Shown here: one piece after another, positions 8,583-23,500 of the stretch
Numbering within the stretch: position 1 is the first letter of the stretch
Layout of the letters: the number at the start of each line of letters is the position of its first letter
NCBI RefSeq assembly: GCF_055900595.2
Contig: NZ_CM148325.1
Strand: one strand, 5' to 3'
Length of the DNA stretch: 64,000 nt
The notes under the pieces: generated by a model
Told to the model about the DNA's origin: nothing
What the model saw: the letters and a program-made list of their open reading frames with translations, nothing else
Databases searched by the model: none
Position numbers and translations under genes: made by a program

Positions 8583-11500
8583 CTACACCACCATCAACTG
8601 ATGATTCGCCAGTAAAGTGGCGAGGTCGGTGTGCACGCCCGTCAGCGTGACCATGTTAGTTGTCGCAAAGCCGCCGCCCGTGCCGTCACGGTCGATCTGC
8701 ACGATGGTGTCGCTGCCGCTCTGGGTAACTTTGACAAAATCACCGATGTTTCCGGCCTGGGCATCCAGCGTTGCCACACCGTTGACATAGCTGGCTTTGC
8801 CGTTTCCGGTGTAGCCGCTGCCCTGTAACAGTTCACGAATATCAATGCGATCGGTGTCGGCGGTGCCTTCCCAGGTGCCTACCGTAAAGCCATTCACCAC
8901 GTCCGAACCGTTGCCCCCGGCGGCGTCACTGGCGTTAAGCAGTTTATATAGCAAGGTGTCGTGACCGCCGTTACCGATGTTGAGCGTGTCGTTGCCGCCG
9001 CGCCCTTCCAGTTGGTTATCGCCGCTGCTGCCGGTCAGAGTGTCATTAAAATTCGAGCCGGAAATCCCTTCGATATTGGTAAATGTCGAGGTATTAAAAC
9101 CGGTGGCCTGTGCGGTGGTAACGCTTAAGTTAGCGGTGACGCCCACCGTTGAGAGACGGAAATCGACCACGTCCATGCCGCCGTTCGCCAGCCAGGTTCC
9201 TGTGCCGGAGCTGTACACCCAGCCGCCGGAACCGTCGTAGGTGTCGGTGCCTGCGGTGGCGAAGAAGGTGTCGTTATAGCCAGTGCCGACAAACTTGCCG
9301 TTGTTGCTCGCCGTACCCGCTTCAGCACTGAGATCGTAAGCGTGAGTAGCATCGGTGGCCTGTAAGCCACCCCAGCTGGTATTCACCGTCTGGTCGATAT
9401 TGCTGGCGGTGGTGCCAGTGGATTTGATCAGCACCGCGTTGTAGGTTTCTCCAGCGTTAAGTCCGTAGAAGTTGACCAGCGCCGAGGTGTCGTTAACGCC
9501 CATCCCCGACTGCGGGTTGATGATTTGTGTCGCCACCAGCACGCCCGCCGAGTTGTACAGCTTCACGGTATTGCCGTAATAGACATTAATACCGTTGGGA
9601 TCGGTGATACGCAGGTGCAACGAGGTGCCGTAGCTCACCGTGTTAGTGTTACGGATGAGGAACACGCTGCCCGACTGTTTGGTTACCAGCACATCCACCG
9701 CGCCGTCCCAGTCGTAGTCCATTGCCGCCACGCCGCTGGTGGTGCCGCTCTGGCTGCCACCGAGTGCCGATTGTGTCCAGTTACTGGCGTTGCTGACGTT
9801 AGTATAAAGATACGACTGTCCGGTCTGGGCGATACGGGCGATGTCCATTAACCCGTCATGATCCCAGTCGACGGCCAGGCTGAATTGACTGGCGTAGGTG
9901 GTTGCCGTCGCGCCGACCGCCACCGGGCTACCCAGCACGCCGTTGGTGTTGAATAACAGCGAGCCGTAGTTAGCTCTTCCCTGGCTGGCGGGCAGGAAGA
10001 GGTCCATATCGCCGTCACCATCGAAATCGGCCCATGTCATGGAAACGGATGTCGAGTTTCCCCCCGAGCCAGGACTACTGAGGAAAGTATTGACGGTGTT
10101 TTGTCCCCAGACGAAGGTGCCATTGCCCTGGCTTATCAACGATGAGAGGGTGAAGTTGTTGTTCAGGTTGAAAGTGTGCTGAACCAGATCAATTCTGCCG
10201 TCATTATTAAGATCGACACCGGAACCTTCGTTGAGTGACAAATAACCTGTCACCGCCCCACCGACCGTAGCACTCCCCCCGTTATTAGCGGTGGTGGAGT
10301 TGCCTGTCAGGGTGCCGGCGTTGTTCCACAGGAAAGTGTTGGAGTCCGGCCCCCCGGCGTCGCCAATCCAGAAATCAAGATAACCGTCGCCCTCTTTATC
10401 GAACGCCACAATCGAGCCATACCACGTCAGGGTGCCAACGTTCACCTGGATGGCGCTGGAAAACGTACCGTCGCCGTTATTAGTAAAGCCGTTGATATAC
10501 CCCGTGCCGTAGTCATCACGGGTAATAAACAGATCGCCCGTACCGTTACGGTTGTAATCGGCGATGGAGCTGGTGGCATAGTTGTTGCCACTTTGCACCA
10601 GCGTCAGGGCGGTTTTCGACCAGGTGAGCGGATCGGTGGATTGCATAATTTGCTGGTTGGCCAGCACCGTCCACATCCCGTGGTTGTCGAGTCCATAAGT
10701 CAGCCCCCAGGCGGTGGATTTGCTGGTGGTGGTCCAGGTCGGTGTGTAATCTATCGCCGCGTTAACCGTTACCGTGCCAGTGCTGACGTTGGCGGTGTTG
10801 CCATTGCCCGCCGAGCTTTTCACCTGCGCGGTGACGTTATAGGCGGTCGCAGACGCCGCCAGCGCGTCGGTATCCGGCAGTTGTACATACCAGGTGTTGT
10901 GCGCCGGATCGACGACCACCGCACCGCCTGGCTGCGAAGTGTAAGTTTTGCCGTTGATCACCACTTCAACATACTGTCCGCTGGCGAGTGCCGCGGTGAG
11001 TACGCCGCTGATAATCGGCGTGGTATCGCGTGTGGTTTGATTGGTGATTTGCGCAAGCGTGGTCGGAATAGAGGTATCGACCGTCAGGACAAAATCACTG
11101 GAGGAGGTGATATTCCCGGCCAGATCCACCACTCGCGCACTGTAGGTGTACGCGCCGCTGACCAGACCACTGTCGCTGTAAGTCCAGTTCAGCGCGCCGA
11201 CCATCGTTACCGCACCTAACAGCAGACCGTTACGGTAGAGGTAAACGACTTCACCGCTGGCAAGCGGCGCAGAGAGCACGCCGTTGAGCAACGGCGTGGT
11301 GTCGTCGGTGGCCTGCGAATTGCTAAACGTCCCCTGCCGCTGCCCGACATCATCGGTATACGACACAATGGTCGGCGTGGCGGTGGGGTTAATCGTATCG
11401 ACCACCACCGTTTTCGATACCACCGGGCCTGTATTTCCCGCCAGATCCAGCACCCGTACCTGATAAACGTAGCTGCCGTCGGTCAGCGTGCGGCTGTCAG

Positions 11501-14500
11501 TGTAAGTCCACTGCGTACCGTTGGTGGTGAGCGTGGTCCAGGTCGCGCCGCCATCGAGGCTAATCTGCGCCACTTCGCCGCTGGCAAGCCCCGCCCCCAG
11601 CGAACCGGTCAGCGTGAGCGTGGTATCGCTGGTGATAAAGTCGGTGGCCGAACTCCCCGTATCGGTGCTGATGCTGGCGATGGTGAGCACCTGCGCCGGG
11701 TTAACGGTGTCAATCTGCGCCGACTGGCTGCCGGTTGCGCCAACGTTGCCCGCTAAATCAACCACCCGCACCTGCCAGGTGGTGGTGCCGTTGGTCAGCG
11801 TACGCCCGTCCACATATGTCCAGTTCAGACCGTCTGCGGCAACGGTCACGTTCACCCAGGTTGCGCCGTTGTCGGTACTGATTTGCGCGAACTCATTAGC
11901 GCCGAGCGCCGCGCCCAGCACGCCGCGCACGGTAAGCGTGGTGTCGCTGGTAATAAAATCGCTGCTGCTGGCTCCGGTGTCATCGCTGATACCGGTAATA
12001 GTGATGCTTTTCGCCGCTTCCGGGCTGATGGTGTCAACCACCACGTTTTGCGTCGCGGTCTGCCCGACATTCCCCGCCAGATCCACCACCCGCACCGTGT
12101 AATTCCATGTGCCGTCGGTGAGCGTGCGACCATCGGCATAGCTCCAGCTGGTGCCGATAACGGTTAAGGTGGCCCAGGTAACGCCACCATCAAGGCTGAT
12201 TTGCGCCCGTTCATCTGCCGCCAGCGCCGCGCCGAGCGTCCCGCGCACGGTCAACGTAGTGTCACGGGTCACAAAATCGCTGCTGCTTAACCCGGTGTCA
12301 TCGCTGATGCCCGCAATGACGATGGTTTTGCTCGCCAGCGGCGCGGTGGTATCCACGGTGACTATCTGGCTGGCGGTCGCGCCGATATTTCCGGCGGTGT
12401 CGATCACCCGTACCTGATAGTTGTAGTTACCGTCGGTCAGCGTGCGCCCGTCAAGATAAGTCCAGGTTAATCCATTTACCGCCAGATTCTGCCAGGTGGT
12501 GCCGCCATCGATACTGATTTGCGCGAACTCACCGGCAGAAAGTGCCGAGCCCAGCGTGCCGCTTACCGCAAGCGTCGTGTCGCTGGTGACAAAATCATTA
12601 GTAATCAGACCTGTATCGGTGGTGATCGCGCTAATGGCGATGGTTTTCACCGCGGGATCTGGCGCAGTAGTGTCGATCACCACATTCTGGCTATCAGTCG
12701 CCCCGACGTTGCCCGCCGCATCAATCACCCGCACCTGATAGAGATAGTTACCATCGGTCAGCGTGCGGCTGTCGTTATAGCGCCAGGTCGTGCCAGTAAC
12801 GGTAAGCGTGCTCCAGGTTACACCGCCGTCGATACTGATTTGCGCCGTCTCGTTACTGGCAAGCGCGGCGGTGAGTGAGCCGTTGACCACCACCGGGCTG
12901 ACGCTGGTGATAAAGTCGCTGGCGCTAAGGCCAGTGTCGGCTTGCAGGGAATCAATATTAATGCCCATCGCCGGGGCGCTGAGATCGACGGTAATGGTGT
13001 GATTGCTGCTACCGATGTTGCCAATGGCGTTGCTCACCGAAGCGTTAATCACATAGGCATTGCCGTCCGCCAGCGCGGTGACATCGGCGCTGCCGAGGGT
13101 GTAGCTCCAGCTACCACCGGTCTGCACCGTAGTGGTGTAGGTTTTACCGTTTAAGGTCAGAGTCAGCGTCTGCCCGACTGGGGCGGTGGTGGTGCCGCTG
13201 ATCACCAAAGACGCGCCGTGTTCCGCCGCGTTCACCACATCATCGCCCGCAAGGGTGTTAATGGTGACGGTGGGGACGTCGCCATTCAACGTCACGCCAC
13301 GGCTGGCGCTACCGGGGTTTCCGGCCTGATCGCTGACCGTCGCGCTGATGGTGTAGCTGCCGTCGCTTAATCCGGCAAACTGCTGCGCCGGAATAAACAC
13401 CGACCAGCTTCCGCCACTGCCGACCGTTGCGGTCCAGTTTTGTCCGTTAAAGGTGACGCTCACCGTCTGGCCCGCTTCGGCGGTGGTGGTGCCGCTGATG
13501 GTCTGCCCGGCAAGCTGCTCGGCGTTGTTGATAATATCGTCACCCGCCACCGTGGCGATGGTGACCGTTGGCGCAACGGTATCGACGGTCAGGGCGTGCG
13601 TGGTTTGACCGGGGTTACCGGCACGATCGTTCACGCTGGCGGTAATGGTCTGCGCACCCTGCCCGAGCGATGCCAGATCCGCCGCAGGCACGTTCAGCGC
13701 CCAAGTGCCATTGGCGGCAACCGTGGCGGTATAGGTTTTGCCGCCAAAGGTGACGGTGACCGTTTGCCCCACTTCCGCGCTGGTCGAGCCGTTAAGGGTT
13801 AACGGCTGCTGCTGTTCGGCGGCGTTGAGTCGATCGTCCGTCGAAACGGTGTTAATGCTGATAATCGGCGCGGTGAGATCCACCGCCACGCTGCGCGAGG
13901 CCGTGGCGCTGTTTCCGGCGCTGTCCTGCGCGGAGGCGCTAACCGTATAGCTGGTGCCATCCGCAAGCGCCGCAACGTCTGCCGCCGGCACGTTCACGCT
14001 CCAGCTCCCGTTGCTCTGAATGGTGGCGCTGTAGCCTTTGCCGTTAAGTAACACGGTCACCACCGTACCTGCGGCAAAGTTCGTTCCGGTGCCGCTCAGG
14101 GTCAGCGCACTGCCTGCTTCGGCGGCGTTAATCACGTCATCGCTGGCAACGGTGTTGATGCTGATTGCCACCGCCGTTAAATCGACGGTGAACGGATGGC
14201 TGACGCTGACCGGGTTTCCGGCGCTGCTCTGGCCTGTCACGTCAACGGTTAACGCCCCCGCAGGCCAGGCGCTGACGTTTGCCGCCGGAATGCCAACGCT
14301 CCAGCTTCCATCCGCCTGTACCGTGGTGGAATACGCCACACTGTTGATGGTAACCGTCAGCACAGCACCTGCATTCAGGCCGCTACTGCCGCCGGTGATC
14401 ACCAGCGCCTGACCATGCTCGATGCTGTTGACGATATCATCGCCCGCCACGGTATCCACCCGCAGCCCTGGCAGATTGGCATCAATGGTGATATCCCGCG

Positions 14501-17500
14501 TGCCGCTACCCGTATTGCCATTCGCGTTGGTAACCGAGGCGGTAATGGTCAAATCACCATTGCCCAACGCCTGGAGATCGGCTGCCGGAACGCTGACGCT
14601 CCAGCTTAAGTTGCCCTGTACCGTAGCGGTGTAAGTGTTACCGCCCAGCGTCACGGTAACTGTATCGCCAGCGGCGGCGCGGGTCACCCCCCCGCTGATG
14701 GTTTGATCGGCCCCGGCTTCGGCGGCGTTGATAATATCGTCGTCCGCCACGGTATTGATGGTGACGCCTGGCAGGCCGCTGTCGACCAGTAAATTCGCCT
14801 GGCTGCTGGCGGTGTTGCCTGCCGCACTGGTGGCGCTGGCGCTGACGGTATAGTTAGCCTGACCTAAGGCCGCCAGATCGCTCACCGGCACGGTTAAGGT
14901 CCAGTTGCCTGCTGCGTCGGTGGTAGCGCTGTAGTTATGACCGTTGAGCGTGACGGTAACCTGTGCGCCGGTCGCCAGCCCCGTACTGCTACCGCTGATG
15001 GTCAACGGCTGGCCTTTTTCATCGGCGTTCAGAACGTTATCGCTGCTGATGGCGTTAAAGGTAATGGTCGGCAGCCCGGTATTGACCGTCACCTGATGGC
15101 TGGCGTTGCCGCTGTTTCCGGCGGCGTCAGTGACGCTGGCGTTAATGGTCACCGTGCCGTTTGCCAGTGCCGAAACAACGCTTGCCGGGACGCCGACGCT
15201 CCAGTTGCCGCTGGCATCCAGCACCGTGGTGAAGGTATTTGTGCCGATAGTCACCGTCACGGTGTTACCGGTTGCCGCACCAGTGGCAGAGCCGCTGATA
15301 ATCTGCGCCTGGGCGTGTTCCGTCGCGTTGATCACATCATCACCCGCGACAGTGTTGATGGTGACGACCGGAACGGAAGTATCCACCGTCAGGTTGTGGT
15401 TAACCGAGGTCGGGTTTCCGGCCTTGTCGCTCACCGCCGCGCTGACGGTGTAGTTGCTGGCGGTCAGAGCGCTTAAGTCGGCTGGCGGTACGCTGATACT
15501 CCAGCTGCCGTCCGTTTGTACCGTGCCAGTATAGTTTGCGCCATTGAGCGTGACGGTCACCGTCTGCCCGGCTTCCGCCGTGCTGCTGCCGGTGATGGTC
15601 AGCGCCGCACCCGCTTCGGCGGCGTTAAGAATATCGTCGCCCGCAATGGTGTTAATGGTCACCGTTGGCGCGGTGGCATCGACGCTGTAAGCGTGGGTAG
15701 TGGTGGCACTGTTGCCGTTAACGTTGCTGACGCTGGCCTGCGCGCTGGCATCACCATCACGCAGGGCTGCCATATCCGCCGCCGGAACCGTGGTGCTCCA
15801 GGAACCATTCGCCGCGACACTTGCAGTATAGGTTTTACCGCCAAAGGTCACGGTGACCGTTTGCCCGGCCTCCACGCCAGAGGTGCTGCCGGAGAGCGTT
15901 AATGCCGCGCCTTTTTCAGCGGCGTTAATCACATCATCGGTGGTAATGGCGTTGATGCTGACCGCCACCGCCGAGAGATCGACAGTCACTGGATGCGTAA
16001 CGCTGACCGAGTTTCCGGCGGTAGTGCTGCCGCTCGCCGTAATCGTCACCGCCCCCGCAGGCCAGGCGCTGACATCCACCGCCGGAACGCCGACGCTCCA
16101 GGTGCCATCCGCCAGCACTGCCGCAACATAGGTTTGCCCGTTAATGGTCAGCGTGACATTGCTACCCACCGCCAGCCCAGAGCTGCTGCCGGTAATCACC
16201 AGCGCCTGACCGTGCTCGATAATGTTGACCACATCATCGCCCGCCACGGTATCGACCCGCAGACCGGGGAGATTCGCGTCTATGGTGATTTCGCGCGTGC
16301 CGTTACCGGTATTGCCTACGCTGTTCGTTACCGAAGCCGAAATGCTCAGCTCTCCGTTGCCCAACGCCTGTAACGCCGAAGCCGGAACATCGACACTCCA
16401 GCTTAAGTCTGCCTGTACCGTAGCGGTGTAAGTCGCCCCACCGAGCGTCACGGTCACCGTGTCGCCCGCCGCGGCCCTCGTGACCTGCCCGCTGATAGTT
16501 TGAGTTGCCCCCGCTTCGGCGGCGTTAATAATATCGTCCGTTGCCACAACGTTAATGGTGACGCCCGGTAGCGCGGTATTAACCTGCACGTTATGGCTGG
16601 CGGAACCGCTATTGCCATCAACATCGGTTGCGGCGGCAGTCACCGTATAAGTCGCTTCACCGAGCGTACCAACCGCAGACGCCGGAACAGTCACGCTCCA
16701 GTTCCCGGAAGCATCGGCAGTGGTGGTGTAATTTTGCCCGTTGAGCGTAACAGTTACCTGCGTGCCCGCAGGCTGGTTGCTGGTGCCGGAAATCGACAGA
16801 TCCGCGCCTTTCTCCGTGGCGTTGATGATGTCATCGACGGCGATGGTGTTAATGGCGAGTATCGGTGCACCGAGCGCCACGCTGACAGTGTGCGAGGCCG
16901 TGCCGCTGTTGCCTGCGGAGTCGGTAACCGTGGCGGTAATGGTCACATCGCCCTGGGCCAGCGCGGAAATCACGCTGGCAGGCACGCCGATGCTCCAGTT
17001 GCCGTTGGCGTCCAGCACGGTGGTGTAGGTGGTCGTGCCAATCGTCACGGAAACCGTGTTACCCGTCGTCGCGCCCGTTGCCGAGCCGCTGATAATCTGC
17101 GCCTGAGCATGTTCCGTGGCGTTAATGATGTCATCGCCTGCTACCGTGTTAATGGTGACGACCGGAGCGGCAAGATCCACCGTCAGGTTATGCGTCGCCG
17201 AGGTTGGGTTGCCCGCTTTGTCGCTGACCGCCGCGCTCACCGTATAGGGGCTGGCGGTAAGGTCGGCTAAATCGCCAGTTGGTACGCTGACGCTCCAGCT
17301 CCCGTCTGCCTGCACGTTGCCGCTGTAATTGATGCCGTTTAGCGTCACGGTCACTGTCTGCCCGGCTTCTGCGGTGCTGGTGCCGCTGATGGTCAGCGCC
17401 GATCCCGCTTCGGCGGCATTAAGAATATCGTCGCTGGCGATGGTGTTGATAGTAACGGAGGGCGCGGTGGCATCGACGCTATAAACATGCGTTGCCTGGG

Positions 17501-20500
17501 CGTTGTTACCCGCGACGTTGCTGACGCTGGCCTGGATGTTTGCTGCGCCATCCGGCAAGGTTGCGAGATCGGCTGCTGGGATCGTCAGCCCCCAGGTATT
17601 ATCCGCGGCAACCGTGGTGGTGTAGCTTTTGCCACCGAAAATAACGGTAATGGTCTGCCCCGCTTCCACGCCGGAGGTGGTGCCAGAAAGCTGCAAATCA
17701 GTGCCTTTTTCGGCGGCGTTTATCACATCGTCAGTGGAGAGTGTATTGATGGTAATCGCCACGGCAGCGAGATTGACCGTGACCGGATGGCTAATGCTGG
17801 TTGTGGTTCCGGCGGTATTAGTGCCAGAGACGGCAATATTGACCGTCCCCGTAGGCCAGTTAGCCACGTCCGCTGCCGGAACGCCGACGCTCCAGGTGCC
17901 ATCGGCGAGTACCGTTGCGCCGTAGGTGACGCTATTGATAACCACCGTCAACGCCGCGCCCGCCGCCAGTCCGGTACTACTGCCGGTGACCACCAGTGCC
18001 TGAGTGTACTCAATGCTGTTAATCACATCATCGCCTGCCACGGTATCAACCCGCAGACCTGGCAAGTTGGCATCTATCACGATGTCGTGCGTTGCGGTGC
18101 CGGTATTATTTGCGGAATTGGTCACCGAGGCGCTGATGGTCAGTTCACTGTTACCCAGCGCCTGCAAATCTGCCGCAGGCACGCTGACGCTCCAGCTTAA
18201 ATCTGGCTGCACGGTGGCAATGTATTGATTACCGCCGAGCGTGACAGTGACCGAATCTCCTGCTGCTGCCGTCCCCGTAACCTGTCCGCTGAGGGTCTGG
18301 TTAACGGCGATTTCAGCGGCGTTGATAATGTCATCGCCCGCCACGGTATTAATAATCACCCCAGGCAGGAGCGATTCGACATTCACCGTATGGGTGGTGC
18401 TGCCGTTGTTGCCCGCGCTGTCGGTGGCACTGGCGCTAATCTGGTATACCGCCTCGCCCAGTGCGCCGACCGCCGAAGCAGGCACGGTAACGCTCCAGTT
18501 GCCGGAGCCGTCGGTGGTGGCGCTGTACGCCAGGCCGTTCAACATCACGGTGACCGTAGTGCCTGCCGCCAGGCCGCTGGAGACGCCGCTGATGATCAGA
18601 TCCTGGGTTTTCTCGGTATTGTTAATGATGTCATCGCCGGAGACGGTGTTGATGGTCAGCGTCGGGCCGCTGAGATCAACGGTCACATCGTGAGTCGTGC
18701 TGTCGCTGTTGCCCGCGCGATCGCTCAGGCTGGCGGTGATGGTCTGGCTACCGGTTGCCAGTGCCGTGACATCCGCCGCCGGAATACCCACACTCCAGTT
18801 ACCGGAGGCGTCCAGCGTTGTGGTGTAGTTTTTACCGTTCAGATTAACCGTGACCACATCGCCCGCCGCCGCGCCCGTACTGGTGCCGCTCACCACCAGC
18901 GCCTGACCATGTTCGATGGCGTTGATAATGTCATCGCCCGCGACGGTATTAATGGTGAGATCCGGCGCGGTAACGTCCACCGCCAGTGCATGATCCGCGC
19001 TTGCCGGGTTGCCCGCTTTGTCGCTCACCGTGGCGGTCACGGTATAACTGCTGGCGGTTAATCCGCTTAAATCTGTCGCCGGAACGTTCACACTCCAGGT
19101 GCCATCGGCCTGGACGGTAGTCTGGTACGTGTTGTTATTGAGCGTGACAGTCAGCGTCTGCCCGGCCTGCGCCGTGGTGGTGCCGCTGATAGTTATCCCC
19201 GCGCCCGCTTCACTCACGTTGAGAATATCGTCGCTGGCGATGGTGTTGATGGTCACAAGCGGCGCGGTGGCATCGACGCTGTACGCGCGATCGGCCTGGG
19301 CGCTGTTGCCGTTAATGTTGCTGACACTCGCCTGCACGTTGCCCGCGCCGTCCGGCAACGCAGCGAGATCGGCAGGCGGCACATTCACCGTCCAGCTACC
19401 GTTGGCTTCCACAGTGGTGGTGTAATTTTTGCCGCCAAAGGTGACGGTCACCGTCTGCCCGGCTTCTACACCGCTGGTACTGCCGCTCACCACCAGCGTT
19501 TCGCCTTTTTCGACGGCATTGATCACATCATCGCCGGAGAGAGTGTTAATGGTTATGGCGACCGCCGCCAGATCGACGGTAACCGGATGGGTAATGGTGG
19601 AGGTTGTTCCGGCGCTGTTGGTGCCGCTTACCGTGATATCCACCGTACCCGCAGGCCAGTTGCTGACGTCTGCCGCCGGAACGCCGAGGTTCCATGTACC
19701 GTCAGCTAACACCGTGGCAGCGTAAGTGACGTTGTTAATCACGACCGTTAATGCCGTTCCTGCCGTCAGCCCGGTGCTGCTACCTGTTATCACCAGCGCC
19801 TGATTGTGCTCAATGCTGTTAATAACATCATCGCCCGCTACGGTATCGACCCGCAAACCAGGCAGATTGGCATCGATCGTAATATCGCGCGAGCCGCTGC
19901 CGCTGTTGCCCACGACGTTGGTGACCGAGGCGTTAACTGTCAGGTCGCCGTTACCAAGCGCCTGAATATCCGCCGCCGGAACGCTGACACTCCAGCTTAA
20001 ATTAGCCTGCACCGTAGCGGTGTAGGTGTTGCCGCCCAGCGTGACGGTGACCGTATCGCCCGCCGCCGCGCCCGTCACCTGCCCGCTGATGGTTTGCACA
20101 CTGCCCGCTTCGGCGGCATTAATAATGTCATCGGTTGCCACTGCGTTAATGGTAACGCCAGGTAAGGCGCTGTTGACCAGCACATTATGGCTGACGGAAT
20201 TACTGTTGCCTGCCGTGTCGGTAACGCTCGCCGTTACCGTGTAGTTGGCTTCACCCAACGCGCTAGCTGCCGAGGCTGGCACCGTGGCGCTCCAGTTGCC
20301 ACTGCTATCGGTGGTAGCGGTGTAATTTTGTCCGTTCAGCGTCACTGTAATGGTGGTGCCTGCGGGCTGATTACTGGTGCCAGTAATTTGCAGATCCGCG
20401 CCTTTTTCTGTGGCGTTAATCACATCATCGGTGGCGATAGTATTGATACCTATCGTTGGCGAGGTGAGATTCACGGTGACCGTGCGGCTGGCATCATCGC

Positions 20501-23500
20501 TGTTGCCTGCCGCATCGGTAATGGCCGCAGTGATGGTTTGCGGGCCGCTGCCCAGCGCAGTGACGTCTGCTGCCGGAACGCCGACGCTCCAGTTGCCGGA
20601 GGCGTCCAGCGTGGTGGTATAAGTTTTACTGTTTAACGTGATGGTGATGACATCGCCCGCTTCGCCGCCAGTGCTGGAACCGGAGATCACCAGCGCCTGT
20701 CCGTGTTCGGCGGCGTTAATGATGTCATCGCCGGAGACGGTGTTAATGGTTAAAACTGGCACGGTGAGATCCACCGCCAGGCCGTGAGTGGCGGTCGCCG
20801 GGTTACCCGCTTTGTCGCTTACCGAGGCGCTGACCGTGTACGGGCTGGCGGTCAGATTGCTGAGATCCGCCGTCGGCACGCTGACGCTCCAGCTACCGCC
20901 CGCCTGAACGGTGCCGATGTAAGCCACACCATTAAGCGTGACGGTTACCGTTTGCCCCGCTTCGGCGGTGCTGGTGCCGCTGATGGTTAACGGATTGCCC
21001 GCCTCAGCGGCGTTAAGAATATCGTCTGTGGCAATAGTGTTAATGGCAAGCGTCGGTGCCGTGGCGTCGACGCTGTAGGCGTGGGTTGCCGAAGCCGTGT
21101 TGCCGTTAATATTGCTGACACTGGCCTGTACCGTGGCGTCGCCGTCACGTAACGCGCTGAGATCGGCGGTGGGTAGAGTAGTTGTCCAGCTACCATCGCC
21201 CGCTACGGTAGCAATATAGGTTTTGCCGCCAAAGGTGACGGTGACGGTTTGCCCCGCTTCCACGCCGGAAGTGCTGCCGGAAAGGGTTAACTCTGCCCCT
21301 TTTTCAGCGGCATTAATCACATCGTCGCCGGAAACGGTGTTAATGGAGATCGCCACCGCCGCCAGATCGACGGTGACCGGATGGGTGATGGTGGAGGTTG
21401 TTCCGGCAGTGTTAGTGCCGCTTACCGTGATATCCACCGTCCCCGCAGGCCAGTTGCCCACGTCTGCCGCCGGAACGCCAACGCTCCATGTGCCATCGGC
21501 TAATACTGTCGCAGCGTAAGTGACCGTGTTAATCACCACTGTCAGCGCCGCGCCCGCCGCCAGCCCGCTGCTGCTACCGGTTATCACCAGTGCCTGAGCG
21601 TGCTCGATGCTGTTGACCACATCATCGCCCGCCACGGTATCGACGCGCAGACCCGGCAGGTTGGCGTCTATCACAATATCGCGCGAACCGCTGCCAGTAT
21701 TACCCACGCCGTTGGTTACCGAGGCATTAACTGTCAGTTCGCCATTACCGATAGCCTGAATATCCGCCGCCGGAACGTCCACGCTCCAGCTAAAATTGCC
21801 CTGCACGGTAGCGGTGTAGGTTTTCCCGCCAATCGCCACGGTAACCGTATCGCCCGCCGCCGCACCCGTCACCTGGCCGCTGATGGTCTGCGCCACGCCC
21901 GATTCCGCCGCGTTAATAATATCGTCGGTCGCCACCGGATTAATGGTGACACCCGGCAGCGCGGTATTCACCTGCACGTTATGGCTGGCGGAATTGCTGT
22001 TGCCCGCGCTGTCGGTGACGTTCGCCGTCACCGTGTAACTGGCGTCGCCCAGCGCACCGACGGCAGAGGCTGGCACCGTGGTGCTCCAGTTGCCTGCGGC
22101 GTCCGTCGTGGCGGAGTAATTTTGCCCGTTAAGCGTCACCGTAATTGTGGTGCCTGTTGGCTGATTACTGGTGCCGGAAATTTGCAGATCCGCGCCTTTT
22201 TCCGTGGCATTAATCACGTCATCGCTGGCAATGGGGTTGATGCCAATGGTCGGCGCGGTAAGGTTAACGGTGACCGTGTGCGTCTCGTTGTCGCTGTTGC
22301 CAGCCACATCGGTAACGGTCGCCGTCACGGTTTGCGGGCCGCTGCCCAGCGCAGAGACATCCGCAGCCGGAACGCCGACGCTCCAGTTTCCGGAGGCGTC
22401 CAGCGTGGTAGTGTAGGTTTTATTGTTTAGCGTGACGCTGACGATATCGCCCGCCTCCCCGCCAGTGCTGGAACCGGAAATCACCAGCGCCTGCCCGTGT
22501 TCGGCGGCGTTAATAATATCATCGCCCGCAATGGTGTTAATGGTCAGTACCGGAACGGTGAGATCCACCGCCAGATTATGCGTGGTGCTCGCCGGGTTGC
22601 CCGCTTTGTCATTGACCGTCGCCGTCAGGGTATGGCTGCCATCGGTCAATGCCTCAAGATCTGCCGCCGGAATAGTAATACTCCAGCTGCCGTCCGCCTG
22701 CACTGTTGCCTGATAGGTCTGCACGGTCGGGCTGTTAAGCGTTACCGTAACAATCTGCCCCGCTTCAGCGGTGGTGCTGCCGCTCACCGTCACGCCCGCA
22801 TCGGCTTCGCTGGCGTTGACGATATTGTCGCTGGCGACGGTATTGATAATGATGGTTGGCGCGCTGCTATCGACGCTGTAGTTATGCACCGCCGAGGCGC
22901 TATTGCCATTGATATTGCTGACGCTGGCCTGCGCGGAGGCGCTGCCCTCAGGTAATGCTGCCAGATCGGCGGCAGGAACGGTGGCAGTCCAGCTACCATC
23001 GCTCGCCACGCTGGCGGTGTAATTTTTCCCGCCAAAGTTGACGGTGACGGTTTGTCCTGGCTCTACATTAGTGGTGGTGCCGGAAAGAGTTAAATCAGCG
23101 CCTTTTTCTGCGGCGTTAATCACGTCGTCCGTGGCGATGGTGTTGATTGTGATCGCCGCCGGAGTGAGATCCACCGTTACCGGATGCGTAATGCTCACCG
23201 GATTTCCGGCGCTACTTTCCCCGGATACAGCAATAGACACTGTTCCCGCAGGCCAGGCGCTAACCTGCGCCGCCGTGACGCCCACGCTCCAGCTACCATC
23301 GACCTGCACCGCAGTGGTGTATTCCACATTATTAATCGTAACTGTAAGCGGGGTGCCTTCTGCCAGCCCCGAGCTGCTGCCGGTGACCACCAGCGCCTGC
23401 CCGTGTTCGATGATATTGACCACATCATCGCCCGCTACCGTATCGACCCGCAGACCGGGCAGATTGGCGTCGATGGTGATATCCCGCGTGCCGCTGCCGG